From: an uncultured Verrucomicrobiae bacterium
GTDB taxonomy: Bacteria > Verrucomicrobiota > Verrucomicrobiia > Limisphaerales > JAFGQR01
DNA length: 64,000 nucleotides
Reading direction: 5' to 3'
Assembly (NCBI GenBank): GCA_963788655.1
Contig: CAWBHS010000057.1
Span: forward strand, 32,001-96,000
Shown: in pieces, positions 19,401 through 32,100 of the stretch
How the letters are laid out: each line of letters begins with the position of its first letter
How positions within the stretch are numbered: the first letter of the stretch is position 1
The notes under the pieces: generated by a model
Database searches by the model: none
What the model was told of the DNA's origin: nothing
Seen by the model: the letters and a program-made list of their open reading frames with translations, nothing else
Translations under genes and position numbers: made by a program

Positions 19401-22400
19401 GTGCCCACGGGTGGATCCTGTGTGGTGATTAGCTCCTCAGCAGGCGCGCAGTTATCTGACGCCTCCGTAGCATCCACCAAATCAGGCACCGTTGCTCCGC
19501 AGACTGCGTCCGCCGCAAGCGTCCGGTCCGGCGGACAACTCATAATCAGCGGTGCGGTCTGATCGGTCACGGTGACGTTGACGCTGCACATGGCTTCATT
19601 ACCGGCGGTGTCCGCGATGGTGATGGTGACCGGCGTGATCGTTCCCGAAGTCACCACCGTGCCAGCGAGTGGACTTTGCGTCTTCACCAAGCCTCCAGCC
19701 GGGGTGCAATTATCGGTGGCGAGTGCGCTGCTCGCCAAGTCAGGGATCGTCGCGGCGCAAGCAGCGTCCGCGGCAAGCGTCCGGTCCGATGGGCAACTCG
19801 TAATCACTGGCGCGGTTTGATCGGTCGCGGTGACGTTCACGATGCACGTAGCTTGGTTTCCGCTAGTGTCAGCGACGGTAATCGTGACCGGTGTGACTGC
19901 CGCCAACGCCAAAGCCGTTCCAGGCGGTGGGCTTTGCGTCTTTACCAAGTCGCCGGGCGGCGTGCAGTTGTCCGTGGCCGCAGTGCTGTTCGCCAAGTCG
20001 GGAAGCGTCGCCCCACAGGCAGCATCCACGGCAAGCGTCCGGGCAGGCGGGCACGTCGTGATCACCGGGGCCGTTTGGTCGTCCATCGTGACCATAGCAG
20101 TGCAGGTCGTCTCATTGCCGGCAGCATCGGTGATCATGATGGTAACCGGGGTAATCGAGTTCAAGATCAGCATGGTGCCGGCAGCCGGATTCTGCGTTTT
20201 CACCAAATCATCTGCGGCCGAGCAGTTGTCGGTGGCCGTGGTAAGGCTCGCTAAGTCAGGAAGCGTTGCGCCGCAAGCAGCATCAGCAGCGATAGTTTGG
20301 TCCGGCGCACAAGAAGTTATCGTGGGGGCAGTCTGCTCGGCCGCGGTGAGGTTGACCACGCACGTGGCTTCGTTGCCGGCGGCATCGGCGATCGTAATCA
20401 TGACAGGCGTCCTTGAATCCAGAGTCAGCGCCGTGCCGGCAACCGGATCCTGCGTCTTCACCAATTCACCGACCGGCATGCAATTGTCGGTGGCCAGGGT
20501 GGCGCTCAGCAAGTCGGGCACCGTCGCCCGACAATCGGCGTCCACGGCAACGGTTCGGTCTGGCGGACACGTGGTAATTGTTGGGGCGGTTTGATCCGTT
20601 ACTGTGACATTCGCCGTGCAGTTGGCCTCATTGCCGGCAGCGTCGGCCACCGTAATCGTAACCGGCGTGGCCAGCCCCAACGTCACCACTGTGCCAGCCG
20701 GCGGGTTTTGCGTTTTCACCAGAGCACCAGCAGCCGTGCAGTTGTCGGTAGCCGTTGTGATGCCGGTCAAATCAGGAACTCTTGCCTCACAAGCAGCCTC
20801 GGCCGCAACCGTTCGATCCGGCGGACAACTCGTGATCACAGGCGCCATCAGGTCGGTTGCGGTGAGGTTCGCCGTGCATGTGGATGCATTGCCCGAAGGA
20901 TCCGTGACGGTGATGATGATCGGCGTGGTCGAGTTCAAGGTCAATGGCGTGCCCGCCGGTGGATTTTGGGTTTTGATCAGATCGCCGCGTGGTGCGCAGT
21001 TATCGGACGCCGTGGTGGCACTTGTCAAATCGGGAACCGTTGCTCCACAAGCCACATCCGCCGCCAGAGTCTGGTCCGGGGGGCAACGCGTAATTGCGGG
21101 CGCAGTTTGATCCGTCACCATAACGTTGACAGCACAAGCGACCTTGTTGCCGGCGGTGTCGGTAACGACGATCGTAACCGGCGTGGTCGTTCCCAGAGTC
21201 ACGTCCGTGCCGGCCGGCGGGTTCTGCGTTTTGACCAAATCGCCCGGCGCGGTGCAATGATCGGCAGCGCCTGTGAGACTCGCCAAGTCGGGAATCATTG
21301 CGGAACAAACTTCGTCGGCAGCCACCGTTTGATCGACCGGACAATTCGTGATCACCGGCGCGGTTTGATCGGCCACCGTGACGTTGACAGTGCAGGAGGC
21401 TTGGTTGCCAGCGGCGTCGGCGACAGTAATTGTGACCGGCGTAACCACATCCAGGGTCAAGGTGGTGCCGGGAGAAGGATTTTGCGTCTTCTCCAAGTTA
21501 TCGGAAGCCGTGCAGTTGTCTGTCGCCAGGGTGCCGACTGTCAAATCAGGCATCGTTGCTTCACAAGCAGCATTGACTGCAAGCGTCCGGTCCGAGGGGC
21601 AACTCGTGATCACGGGTGGAGTCTGATCGGTTACCGCAATGTTAACCAAGCAGGTGGCTTCGTTGCCCGAAGCATCGGTCACCGTAACGAGAACCGAAGT
21701 GGCTGAGCCTAACGCCATGCTGGCGCCTGCAGGTGGATTTTGAGTCATCAGCAAATCACCCACGGGCGTGCAGTTGTCGGTGGCGGCGGTAAGGCTCGTG
21801 AGGTCGGGAACGGTCGCCGCACAGGAAGCGTCTGCTGCCAGATTTTGAGCGGGCGGACAAGTCGTAATCACCGGCGCGATTGTCTCGGTCACGGTGAGGT
21901 TGACGGTGCAGGTCGCTTCGTTGCCGGCCTCGTCGGCCACGGTGATGGCGACCGGCGTGGTCTGCCCTGCGGCGACTGCGGTCCCGGCCGGCGGGCTTTG
22001 CGTTTTGACCAGATTGGCGGCGGGCGTGCAGTTGTCGGTCGCCGCGGTGAACTTCGTCAAATCGGGCACCAAGGCTTCACAGGCAGCCTCGGCGGCGACT
22101 GTTCGGTCGGCGGGGCAGTTTCTGATATTCGGGGCTCGTGTCATCCCCTACGGTAACAACCGTAGCGCAGGCATTCACATTGCCGGCTGTGTCAATGACC
22201 ATGATAGTAACGAGAATCACGGCCCCATTGGGGAAGGTTTCCCCAGCCGAAGGGAATTGAGAGATGACAAGATCGTCGTAGGCCGTGCAATTATCCACCA
22301 CCACCAACTCCTCCGGGGTCGTCAAATCCGGCACGGTTCCGCGGCAATTGATCCCCGCCTCGATGGACCGGCTCGCCGGACAACTCTCAATCACCGGGAA

Positions 22401-22748
22401 CGTTGTGTCTTCGATGGTGAAGGTCTGGGTGCAGTTCACGGAGGCGCCTGAATTGTCCAGGAGGTTGTGGGTGCGAATCAAGGTCGCTCCTGAAGGGCCG
22501 CGCACCAGCGGGCCGTCGGAAGACGAGTAACTGGCGGAGCAGTCCCCGGTCACTGAACCGCCGGCGGCCAGGAATTCTTCGAAGTCCCGCGGGCGGGGAG
22601 GAATTTCCGTCGCGCATTGCACGTTCAAATCGGCCGGACACCGAATCACGCAGGACGTCGCGACTGTGCCAGGCCCAGGCGAGGCCGGCCAAGCCAGCGG
22701 CACGCTCAACAGCAAGACGCTGATGGCCGCAGAAATTATGTTTCGCAT
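7408..22748 (-). CDS. Giant (~5,110 aa) Cys-rich HYR-like repeat surface protein, joined across two +1 frameshifts (~22132, ~16211)
   Basis: Signal peptide MRNIISAAISVLLLSVPLAWPA. 39 counted 86-aa repeats DQTAPVITxCPxDRT..C.A..PDL..ATDNC....TQNP.AGT....TPVTITV.DAAGN.ATCTV, plus shorter xTRTW.A.D..GN.ATC.QT.TV units. C-terminal DUF11-like Ig units (YFYAVTNDG.VTLTDLVVVDD) and a terminal HTSCS-motif domain. Confidence 0.88.
14660..22410 (-). repeat. 258-bp coding tandem array (30 consecutive HYR-like units) with higher-order duplications
   Basis: 258-nt period is visible in shadow ORF starts (14927/15185/15443; 17250/17508/17766). Near-identical adjacent copies at ~17131-17420 and ~17389-17678; block similarity at offsets 2580 and 1548. 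Confidence 0.9.
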
Positions 22749-22931
22749 GGTCCGATAGCTGAGTTGGGTTGTGTCCGCGGCGATTGTCTAGCCGCAGAAC
22801 AATTGCTTGTCATTTCAAGACCCAGCCCTGATTTGACCGGGCCGGCCGGCAAGCACGCGGGAGCCGGCGACTGACTTCCTTGTCATTTCTCGAGGATCAT
22901 CCCCTATGAGCCCCGGCGCGTCAATGATCGG

Positions 22932-24381
22932 TTATTGGCCGGCCAGGTGGCAGTAGATTTCTTCGTAGAGCTGGGTTGTGCGTTCCCAGGAGAAGTCGGC
23001 CTGCATGGCGTTGCGGCGGAACTGCTGGAGCAATTCAGGGCATTCGTATAACGCCATTGCTTTCTGCATCGCCTTGACCAAGGCCGGCACGGCATAGCGG
23101 GTGAACTTGATGCCGGTGGCCCGGTCCAGATCTTCCCGCAAGTCAATCACGGTATCGTCCAGGCCGCCGGTTTTGCGCACGACGGGGATGGTGCCGTAGC
23201 GCAAGCTGTACATCTGGTTCAAACCGCACGGTTCGAACTGCGACGGCATCAGGAAGAAATCCGCGCCCGCTTCGATGCGGTGCGAAAGGCCCTGGTCAAA
23301 GGCAATATTCACCGACGCTTTGTCCGGGTGCCGCGCCGCCAGTTGACGAAAAGCTTCTTCATAGGCGGACAATCCGGTTCCCAACAGCACAAATTGGAAA
23401 TCGGCCGTCAGCATTTCCTCCAACGCCTCCAGCAGGATGTCGATCCCTTTCTGCTCGGCAAGCCGGGTTATGCTGGCGAAGAGGGGCACATTGGGTTTGA
23501 TGGGGAGTTTAAGTTCCGCCTGCAAGCGCGCTTTCTCCGCTTGCTTGCCACTCAGATCGTCAGCGTCGTAGGCGTTTTGAAGATAGGGATTGTTGCGGGT
23601 GTTCCACTCGTCGTAGTCCACGCCATTCAGCACGCCGCGGATGATCCCGTTGCGCCGCAGCAACACACCGTGCAGGCCGCAACCCAACAGCGGGGTGGTG
23701 ATTTCGACGGCGTAACGCGGGCTGACGGTTGTGACCATGTCGGCGAACACCAGGCCGGTTTTCAGCAGGCTGAATTGACCGTAGAATTCCGCGCCTTCGG
23801 GGTGCAAATACGCCGGCGGCAGATTCGTCAACCCGTAGTCCGCGCGCGGGCAGTTGCCCTGGAAGGTGAGATTGTGAATGGTGCAACAGGTGGCGGGCGA
23901 CCCTGGCCACGACTCACAGGTTCGCTGGTGGTGAATCAGCAAGGGAACCAGCCCGGTCTGCCAGTCGTGGATGTGGACAATCTCCGGCTGCAACGGCAAA
24001 TAGCGCGCGAGGTGGACGACGCACTTCGAGAAGAAGATGAAGCGACGGGCATTGTCGGGATAGTCCACGTCGTGCTCGGTATAGATCGCCGCGCGGTCGA
24101 AGAATTCCGGTTGGTCGATGAAATAGACCGTGACGCCCGGAGAGGGTTGCAGAATAAATACGTCGGCCGGCACGGATTGCGAGCCCAGCGGTATCTCGAG
24201 CTTCCAATCGAACGATCTGCAAACTGGCAAACCGTTCGCGAATGCCCCGGTACAACGGCGTCACAATGCCCACCGTATGCCCGGACCGGCCGAGGAACTT
24301 GGCCAGCGCGGCGGCCATGTCCGCCAGCCCCCCGGTCTTGGAGTAGGGATGCACTTCGCTGCTGGCCAGGAGAATTCTCAT
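22932..24381 (-). CDS. glgA: Glycogen synthase (GT5), ~482 aa, one +1 frameshift near 24217
   Basis: [21 protein letters not shown] (KTGGL motif), [53 protein letters not shown]. Confidence 0.95.
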
Positions 24382-24506
24382 GGAAGGGGGAACGGCGTGG
24401 GGTTGCGGGGAACGGCACCGAGCGCGAGCCTGGACGCTAGCTTGGAAATTTGCCTCCCGTGGTTGCCGCCGACGGGAGAAGCCGGTTCCAAAACACCGCG
24501 GCTGTG

Positions 24507-24532
24507 GTCCGCCTCCTTACGTCGGCGGCTAC
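24507..24532 (-). repeat. GTAG-type REP element
   Basis: Minus strand GTAGCCGCCGACGTAAGGAGGCGGAC in the serS-glgA spacer. Confidence 0.6.
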
Positions 24533-24600
24533 TGCCTGTCGGTGTTTTAATCAGGGAGTGAAACATCTGGGCTGGGAGATCGGCTTCGAGCTAAGCGGCT

Positions 24601-25902
24601 TCACGCGGTGATTCGATTAGTTCGCACGTACGGTTGCAATGGTTCCGGTATCGCAATGCTGCCGTCGGGTTGTTGATGCGTTTCCACCAGGGCCACAAAC
24701 AAACGGGCCAGGGCCGTACCGCTCCCGTTGAGCAGGTGCGGGAAACGGTTTTCACCGGAGCCGGTCTTGTAGCGCAGGTTCATGCGACGCGCCTGGAACT
24801 CCTCGCAATTCGAACAACTGGACACCTCCAGATAGGTCCCCTGCCCCGGCGCCCAGACTTCGAGGTCATACGTTTTGGCGCTGGCAAAACCCATGTCGCC
24901 AGTGCAGAGCAGCACCACCCGATAGTGTAGGCCGAGGAGTTGCAGAATGCGTTCGGCGTAAGTTACCATTTGTTCGAGTTCGTCATAACCGGTTTCGGGT
25001 TTGACGATCTTGATCATCTCCACCTTGTCGAACTGATGCACGCGGATCATCCCGCGCGTGCCCACGCCGGCCGCCCCCGCCTCCGCGCGGAAACAGGGAC
25101 TGTAGGCGCAGTAGTTAACCGGTAACTGGCTTTCCGGCAGGATCTCCTCCCGGTGAATGTTCGCCACCGGCGCTTCGGCGGTGGGAATGAGGTAGAGTTT
25201 GCCCAAGGTTTCCCCGTCCAGTCCTTCCTGCACCGCGTAGGCCTGGTCTTCGAACTTGGGGAACTGGCCCACGCCCACCATGCACTCGCGGCTGATGATG
25301 AACGGCGGCGAAACTTCGGTGAAGCCGTGTTCCTGCGTGTGGAGATCGAGCATGAACTGGGTCAACGCCCGCTCCAGTTTGGCGCCCCAACGGGTGTAGA
25401 GCATGAAGCCGCTGCCTGATAATTTCGCGCCGCGTTCGAAATCCACCAGGCCGAGATCGCGGCACAATTCCGTGTGCGGGCGGGGTTCGAAAGTGAACGA
25501 CGGCTTTTGGCCCCATTCGCGAATGACCGGATTGTCCTCCGCGTTCTTACCCACGGGAACGCTGCGGTGCGGCAGGTTGGGAATGCGCAGGAGCAAGGTT
25601 TCGAGTGACGCTTCGGTGGCGGCCACTTGACGGTCGAGTTCCGTAATGCGATCACCCATCGTGCGCGTTTCGGCTTTCTTGGCTTCGGCTTCCTCGAGGT
25701 TCTTTTGTCCCATCAAGGCGCCGATGTCCTTGGAAATCCGTTTGCGCGCCGCCTTCAACTGCTCCACCTCGGCCAGACACTTCCGGCGTTGTTGGTCCAA
25801 CGCCAGCAGCTCCGCGACCCGGTCCTCGTCGCCGGCGCCGCGGGTGGCCAACCGCTCGCGCACACGTTCCGGGTTTTCGCGTATCAGTTTTATGTCTAGC
25901 AT
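24601..25902 (-). CDS. serS: Serine--tRNA ligase
   Basis: MLDIKLIREN, coiled-coil arm, LIPTAE, CFRAEAG..TRGMIRVHQFDKVE, AKTYDLEVW, EVSSCSNC, LNGSGTALAR. Confidence 0.98.
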   Translation of the reverse strand: MLDIKLIRENPERVRERLATRGAGDEDRVAELLALDQQRRKCLAEVEQLKAARKRISKDIGALMGQKNLEEAEAKKAETRTMGDRITELDRQVAATEASLETLLLRIPNLPHRSVPVGKNAEDNPVIREWGQKPSFTFEPRPHTELCRDLGLVDFERGAKLSGSGFMLYTRWGAKLERALTQFMLDLHTQEHGFTEVSPPFIISRECMVGVGQFPKFEDQAYAVQEGLDGETLGKLYLIPTAEAPVANIHREEILPESQLPVNYCAYSPCFRAEAGAAGVGTRGMIRVHQFDKVEMIKIVKPETGYDELEQMVTYAERILQLLGLHYRVVLLCTGDMGFASAKTYDLEVWAPGQGTYLEVSSCSNCEEFQARRMNLRYKTGSGENRFPHLLNGSGTALARLFVALVETHQQPDGSIAIPEPLQPYVRTNRITA

Positions 25903-25908
25903 CGGCGG

Positions 25909-25936
25909 ATTATAAAAATCGCCGGGCCGAGGGCAA
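25909..25936 (-). promoter_or_regulatory. sigma70-type promoter of serS, probably leaderless
   Basis: TTGCCC-N16-TATAAT followed by only 6 nt (CCGCCG) before the ATG; no SD sequence. Confidence 0.65.
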
Positions 25937-25958
25937 GGCGGAAGGGCAACCAGTTATG

Positions 25959-26085
25959 AATGACCAAGGACCAATGGCCAATGGCCAGAGAATGACCAGT
26001 TAATCAGCCGAGGGCCGATCAAAACAGGACTGGGGCCCAGGGATTGGGTCATTCGCGGGTCATTGGACCTTGAGCATTGGAAATT
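25959..26085. repeat. Inverted pair of heptamer arrays (AATGACC-like / GGTCATT-like)
   Basis: aatgacc aaggacc aatggcc aatggcc..aatgacc, then ggtcatt..ggtcatt ggacctt gagcatt ggaaatt. Confidence 0.65.
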
Positions 26086-26141
26086 TTCGCGCGGGCGGTT
26101 CCAAACTGCCCGCAGGAGGCCGGCAGCACCTTCGAACCGGC

Positions 26142-29100
26142 TTACTCGGGTACCATGGGAGTGATGATGCGATAGTAACGGCCGCCGTTCATACCCGCGC
26201 TGGGATCACTCACCTGGATGATGTTGGTGCCGGCGGTCGGCGGGAGGTTGGTCCAGTTCACCCACACGGCGTCGCCAAGCTGGTTCACATACTGAATCGT
26301 ATAACCGACCTCCGGCATGGAAGTGAACTCGAGGATGGCTTCGCCGTTGCCGCCATCGGCCAGGCGGACCTTCAGCACGCTGAGCGCATCCTGCGGATCA
26401 GTGTTGGCGAGGAACTCCTGTTCGTTGCTCAGGCCATCCATGTCCGCATCGAGACTGCTGTCGGCGGGATCGGTCGGATCCAAACCGTTCGCCAATTCCC
26501 ATTGGTCCGGCAGGCCGTCGCCATCACAGTCGCCCCAGACGAAGGAGAGCGTGGCCAGTAAGCTCGTGATGGAGCCCATGCCATTGGTAATCACGGCGTG
26601 ATAGCTTCCAGCTTGTTCCGGTTGGGCGGGCGTGAGCACCAAGGTGGCGTTGGTGGCCTCGGCCAGCACATTGGTTTCATTGAAGAACCACTGGTAACTA
26701 TACGGCCCGCCGCCAGCGACGGCCACGGTGAACTCCGCCGCGGGTTCGCAGACGGTCACCTCGACATTGGTCGGTTGCGTGATCACCGAGGGCATCTGGC
26801 GGAGCATCAAGGTCGCCACGTCGCTGGTGACGGCCCCGTAGAGATTGGTGACCACCAGGGTGTAAGCGCCCTCGTTCACTTCTGAAACGCCGCCAATCGA
26901 CAGGTTAGGTGACGTTTCGCCGGTCAGCGGGTTGATCTCGTTGAAGAACCATTGGTAGCTCAACGGGGCCGTGCCGACGGCCACCGGAGTAAAGGTGGCT
27001 GCACCGCCAGGATTCACCACCTGGGCGGCCGGTTGCTGGATGAAGTAAGGCGGTTGCAATACGGTCAGGTTCGCGGCCGGAGGAAAGCCGACCACCGTTC
27101 CGGCGTCGTTCACGATCACAATATCCCATCGGCCCGCGTGCAGATTGGATACCACGTTCGGAATGAGCAGCGTGGACTCGTGCGCGTAGAGCAACATATT
27201 GGTGTAATCGCTGCCATTTCGGCGCCAACGATAGCTGATGGGCAACGTGGCCACGTTGGACACGCCCACGGTAAAGGACACACTGTCACCCGCTACGACG
27301 GTTTGGTTCACCGGGCGGAGGGTCAGGTAAGGTCGGACCAGCACGTCGAGCGCGGCGGGAGCACTCACCACCGCGCCGATGTCATCCGTAATGCGAACCG
27401 AGTACGTGCCGTCGTCCGCCGGGCGCACATGCGCAACGGTCAGGCTGTCGGTGGTGGCGTCGGGAATGTCCGCTCCGTCCTTGAGCCATTGGAAGCTGAT
27501 GGGGCCATTGCCCAACGCGCTCACGTTGAACGTCACGTTCACGTCCGGCGTAATGCTCGTCGGCGTAATGTTCAGGATCACGCTTTGCCCGGCGGGATTG
27601 CTCAGAAGGTTTACCGTTTGTTGAACGGTCAGCATTGCGGCATCGCTGTCCACCGAACCGGCCGGACTCAACACGACCACTTGATAGGCCCCGTCACGCA
27701 CCGATTGAACTGCGGGCAGCAGCAACATGGCATTGGTTTCACCAGGGAGATTGCTGCCGTTGAACCGCCATTGATACGTCAACGGTTCGTCGCCCGTCGC
27801 TGCCACGGTAAACGTGGCGGGCAATCCGGCCACTATGGTCTGGTCCGCCGGCTGCGTGACGATCACCGGCGCCGCCCCACTGGTGTTGGCTTCGGCAGGC
27901 GTCGGTGCCCCATCGGTCCAATTGATTGGATCGTTGCCGTATTGGGTCGCGTCCAGCCGCTGCAAAGAACGCCCAATTCCATCGGCGGCCAATGGCCAAG
28001 GGGCTTGATCCAGGTAATCCACTTTGTCCACCAGGATGTATTCCGGCACCAAGGTATCCAGATCGGGCCGGCCGGGTTTCTTCAGTTCCACGTTGTCCTT
28101 GTCATTGGCAAGCTTGCCGCGGTAGGGCCCCACAATGGGCGCGGCCATGGGCAGATTATACTGCGCCCGGAAGGCGGCTAACAGATCCGCGTCCACGGCC
28201 GGATCAAAACTCACCACCAGCAGGTAACCTTGCGCGGGAATCTCCGTGGCCGGCGCAAAGTCAAAGTCCACGGCATCGCGCAGACGCCAGGCATTGGCCG
28301 GGTAAGCCGGGTCATAAAGCGCCGCCGGCTGGTCGGTAATGTTCTTGAGCTCGACGAACTCGAAATCCTGATTGTCGATGCCACCCGGATAATCCGGCGG
28401 ATGATACATGATTTCATTGATCACCACCGGTCCCACCTTGGGGCCGCTGTTGGTTTGGCCCAAAGTAGCCGAGGCCTGCGCGACGAAGTGTTCCTCGCCG
28501 GTACTGATGACGTAACGACCAAAGGTGACGTTGTCCTCGGCGGGGCCGAACGCGAAACCATGGTAGTAGCCGGTCAGCTCGCCGGCGGCGTCGGCCGAGA
28601 ACAAGTAAATCTCCTCGCCCTCGGCACGCAGCGCAAAACTGGTGGGACTTCCGGGGATGGCATTGAAGTCACTTTCATCCAACACCAGAAATCCGCCGGC
28701 AGCGATGGTGGTGTTCATCGGGAAACGGTATTTTTTGGGCGTGTTAAAATTGTCGGACAAATACCAACCGCCGATATTTGCATCCTGGCTGGAGGGATTG
28801 TGCAGTTCCACTTCGTCCGACGTTGCGGGGATGGTGACGGGCAAGGCTTCGTTGATGACCACCGGCACAAACACCGGCGGCGTGGTTTCGGCCTGCCCGG
28901 GCGAACCGCCCTGGGCGCTGCTCATGCTCCAATTGGCCGAATCATTCCACGCCGCGGACATCGCCGTCGGGTCGTTGAAAACGAGCGAGAATCCTTCACC
29001 ATCCGTTAATGGATACCAGCCATCCCGGTAAGTAAAATCCAGGATGGGTGCGCCCCACGATGACGTAAGCAGGAGGTGCTCGCCGCTATTGGCCAGGGAG

Positions 29101-32100
29101 CCGGTGTATTCGCCGGCGATCCGAAACTCCGTACCATAACGCGACTCAAAGGCGTCCTGATTCTTGACCACCATGATCCGCTCGCCTGGGTCGAGCCAAT
29201 TGGGGCCGTAAGTTTCGAATTGGGCCAACACATTTTCCACGTCGATGTCCAGGTTCAAACCGCCGGAGTGGCCCGCGAATTCGACCCGCGCATCGGCTGG
29301 CGCCAGTCCGGGAATGAACAGATTCGAGACCACATTCAACGGCGTGCCGGGCGTGCCGAAAATGTCCGGCGTCACCACTACGGAAGCCATGCTGCCTTCG
29401 CTGACGTGCGTGAGTTGCAGATGGACGTGATGAAATACGCCGTTATCCAGATCGAGCACCGCCGGCGGAATGAACGCGTTGCCGATGAGCGTCTGGTCCC
29501 AGAACACCCCAACGTCGTTGATGAAGTCCGCGCTGTGGACTTCCAGATTCAAGGCGAACACATGGCTCAGGCGGGGCTGGCCGACAAAATCGCTGAGCGT
29601 CGAACCGGCCCCGCTGGCGCCGAATTGGTTCACCGGCAGGAGGAGCATCGACAATCCGCCGGCCGGGACCAGGTCATTGAGGTACTCTACGTGGATGTTG
29701 TCCAAATCCTGTACCGCCGACGAACCGCCGGTGCGGGCCCCGAACGCCAACCGGTTCTCGAACATGCCCAGCCCCGAAAGCTGGTATTCATCGAACAGCG
29801 TCTCGGCGGTCGTGTTACCGCTGTGAACGTCGGGAGTAATTTTGACGGTCACGTAGAGATTGCCGCCGGAGAAGTTGAACACGATTTCGGCCCGATGGAA
29901 TTGTCCCGACGCCAGGCTGAACGTCGGAGTCGCATCCGCCACCTTGGCCCCGTTACGGTGCAGCGAAATGTGGTTCGCATTGGGATCCATCGGGGAGCCG
30001 TTATTGTAAATGTCGAAGCCGATCCCCAGGCTGCCAGGCAAGGCGACTTCCTCGCCGAAACCGGTCGCCGCCGCCCCGGTAATGCCGTAGGTGGAAGTGC
30101 TTAACAGTGCCAGCCCCATTCCGTCAGCCGCCCCGTCAATGCGAAAGTCAAAATTAATCCGGATGTACGAAGCCGGTCCGGGATTGGCCCGGTCGAAGAA
30201 GAGGCCGGCCGATTCGTCATTGGTGGCCGTGGTCAACCGCAAGAAACTGCCGTCGGAACCGCTGTCGGCCGGCAGCACGGCCGCCGGGACTTCACCCGAA
30301 TAGTTGGTCAAAACATACGTTGAGCCAGGTTGATCAAAGTCCAGGTCCAACGGCGCGCCAACCGTCGGCGGCGCGGAGGCATTGTTGACCCGAAAATCAA
30401 AATCGGCGGTAACCACGTCGAAGGCGCCGGTAGCGGTCTGATCAAACGCAATCCGATCGCGATTGGTGCCGGTGTCTTGTTGCACCAACCGTAGGAAATC
30501 GCCCGCCGGCCCGCCATTCGTCACCATCGCGCCCGGACCTTCGCCCAGCGTCGAAAGCGCAAAGGCGGTTCCGGCCTCGTCGAAGTTATTCGTCGTCAGC
30601 TCGCCAATCTCCACGGGCGGACCCGCCGGGAAGTTGAAATACACGCCATCGGCCAGACGCATCCCGGTCAGATCGATCGGATCCGTACCCGGATTCATAA
30701 ACTCGAGGAATTCATAATCTTCTTCCGTGTAATTGGTGTCGCTCGAACCGGCCGGATGATACATCAGTTCGGTCAGCGCCAGCAGCGGCGCGTAGTCCCC
30801 AAATTTGGCCTTGGTCGGCGGGCTCCAATCACTGGTCTGCCACGCGCGGGCGACGATGCGCGCGTCCGGCGCCGGCACGAAACTGCCCGCGTAGGCGATG
30901 GCGTGGGGTGAAAGTTCGCCGCCGGGCAAACGCGGGTCGCTGCCGTCGGTCGTGTAATAGATCGTTCCTGCCAACGCGCTCATGCTGAGCGGCACGTCCG
31001 TTCGCCCTCCGTTTCGGCTGAAATCAGGTGCGTGTAAAAACTGGCTGTCAATCCAGGCATAGCGGCCTGTGATGAACTTTTTCAACTCGCCGATGATGCC
31101 CGCATACGTGGTGGGATTCTGGTAATCCACACTCCAGCCGCTGGCCGCGCCATTGGGATTGGGCCAGACGTAAGTGCCGAGCCGCGGCCAGCGCGCAAAA
31201 TCGCGGGCCTGGGCTTCATTCAGGTAGTTGGTGATTTCATCCACTCGCGCCAGGAGATTGGAGGGCTGGAACAACCCCGTCCGCAATTCGCCCCAGCGAT
31301 CGATGATCTTCTGTTTGAAATCCGGATCACCGGGCCCGTCGTTAACCGACGCAGCATCGATGTTAGGCTGACCGTAAATCAACCGGCGCAACCAGATATG
31401 TTCGGCGGGGCCGATGCCTTCATTCTGGGGATTGTCGGGGCCCAAGTTCCAATACCAGCCGTTGGTCATGCCGCCGCGCAAGTAATTCGCATTGCCGAAG
31501 CTCAGGTTCCAATCCCAAACCGGCTCCATCTTGATTTTGCCTTCGCGGTCCTTGCTCATGTAATTGCTAAGCCGGTAGCCGTCAATCTGTTTGGGAAACT
31601 CAACCAGCCAGTGGTAATCGACAAAGGAATCAACATCAATGTACTGCGCGTAACCGTTGACGGGATCGCGCCAATTCGCGCCGTACAGCGTCCGCTCGAA
31701 GGCGTCGAGATAATTGACCAGCCATTGGCGTTGCGGAATGGTAAGAGATACGTCGGGATCATGATACTTGAGCGCCTCGGCGGGAAAACCGTTGCCGCCC
31801 ACGGTGGAGAAATTGATGTCGCCCGGACTGTCTTTGTCCTTCTTCCAAATATAGCCCCCGGAGATTTTGGGTTCGGTGTCGTCTTCCGGTTGCAACCGCG
31901 CCAGATCCACCCGGTCGGGACCAATCTTGATCTTCTCGAGCAGCACGTAGATACCGGCGTAGTCGTTGGTGCCTACTTTTCCCGAAGGATCGGGGGTGCC
32001 GGAGTTTTCCAGCCGAGTGCCGTTGACGAACACTTCCACGTACTTACGACGTACCGCGTAATGGCCCATTTTCTCGTGCAAGGTGTAGGCGAGAAAATTG

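Noticed and set aside
14660..22410. CRISPR array or noncoding satellite
   Set aside because: The 258-bp period is in-frame protein repeat coding; there is no repeat-spacer structure and no cas gene.
24378..24566. 62-aa ORF overlapping the glgA start
   Set aside because: It runs through a REP element and has no recognisable features; likely spurious.
22932..25902. Functional link of glgA/serS to the surface-protein cluster, or an integration site
   Set aside because: These are housekeeping genes with their own promoter; no integrase, tRNA or att-like repeats were seen.
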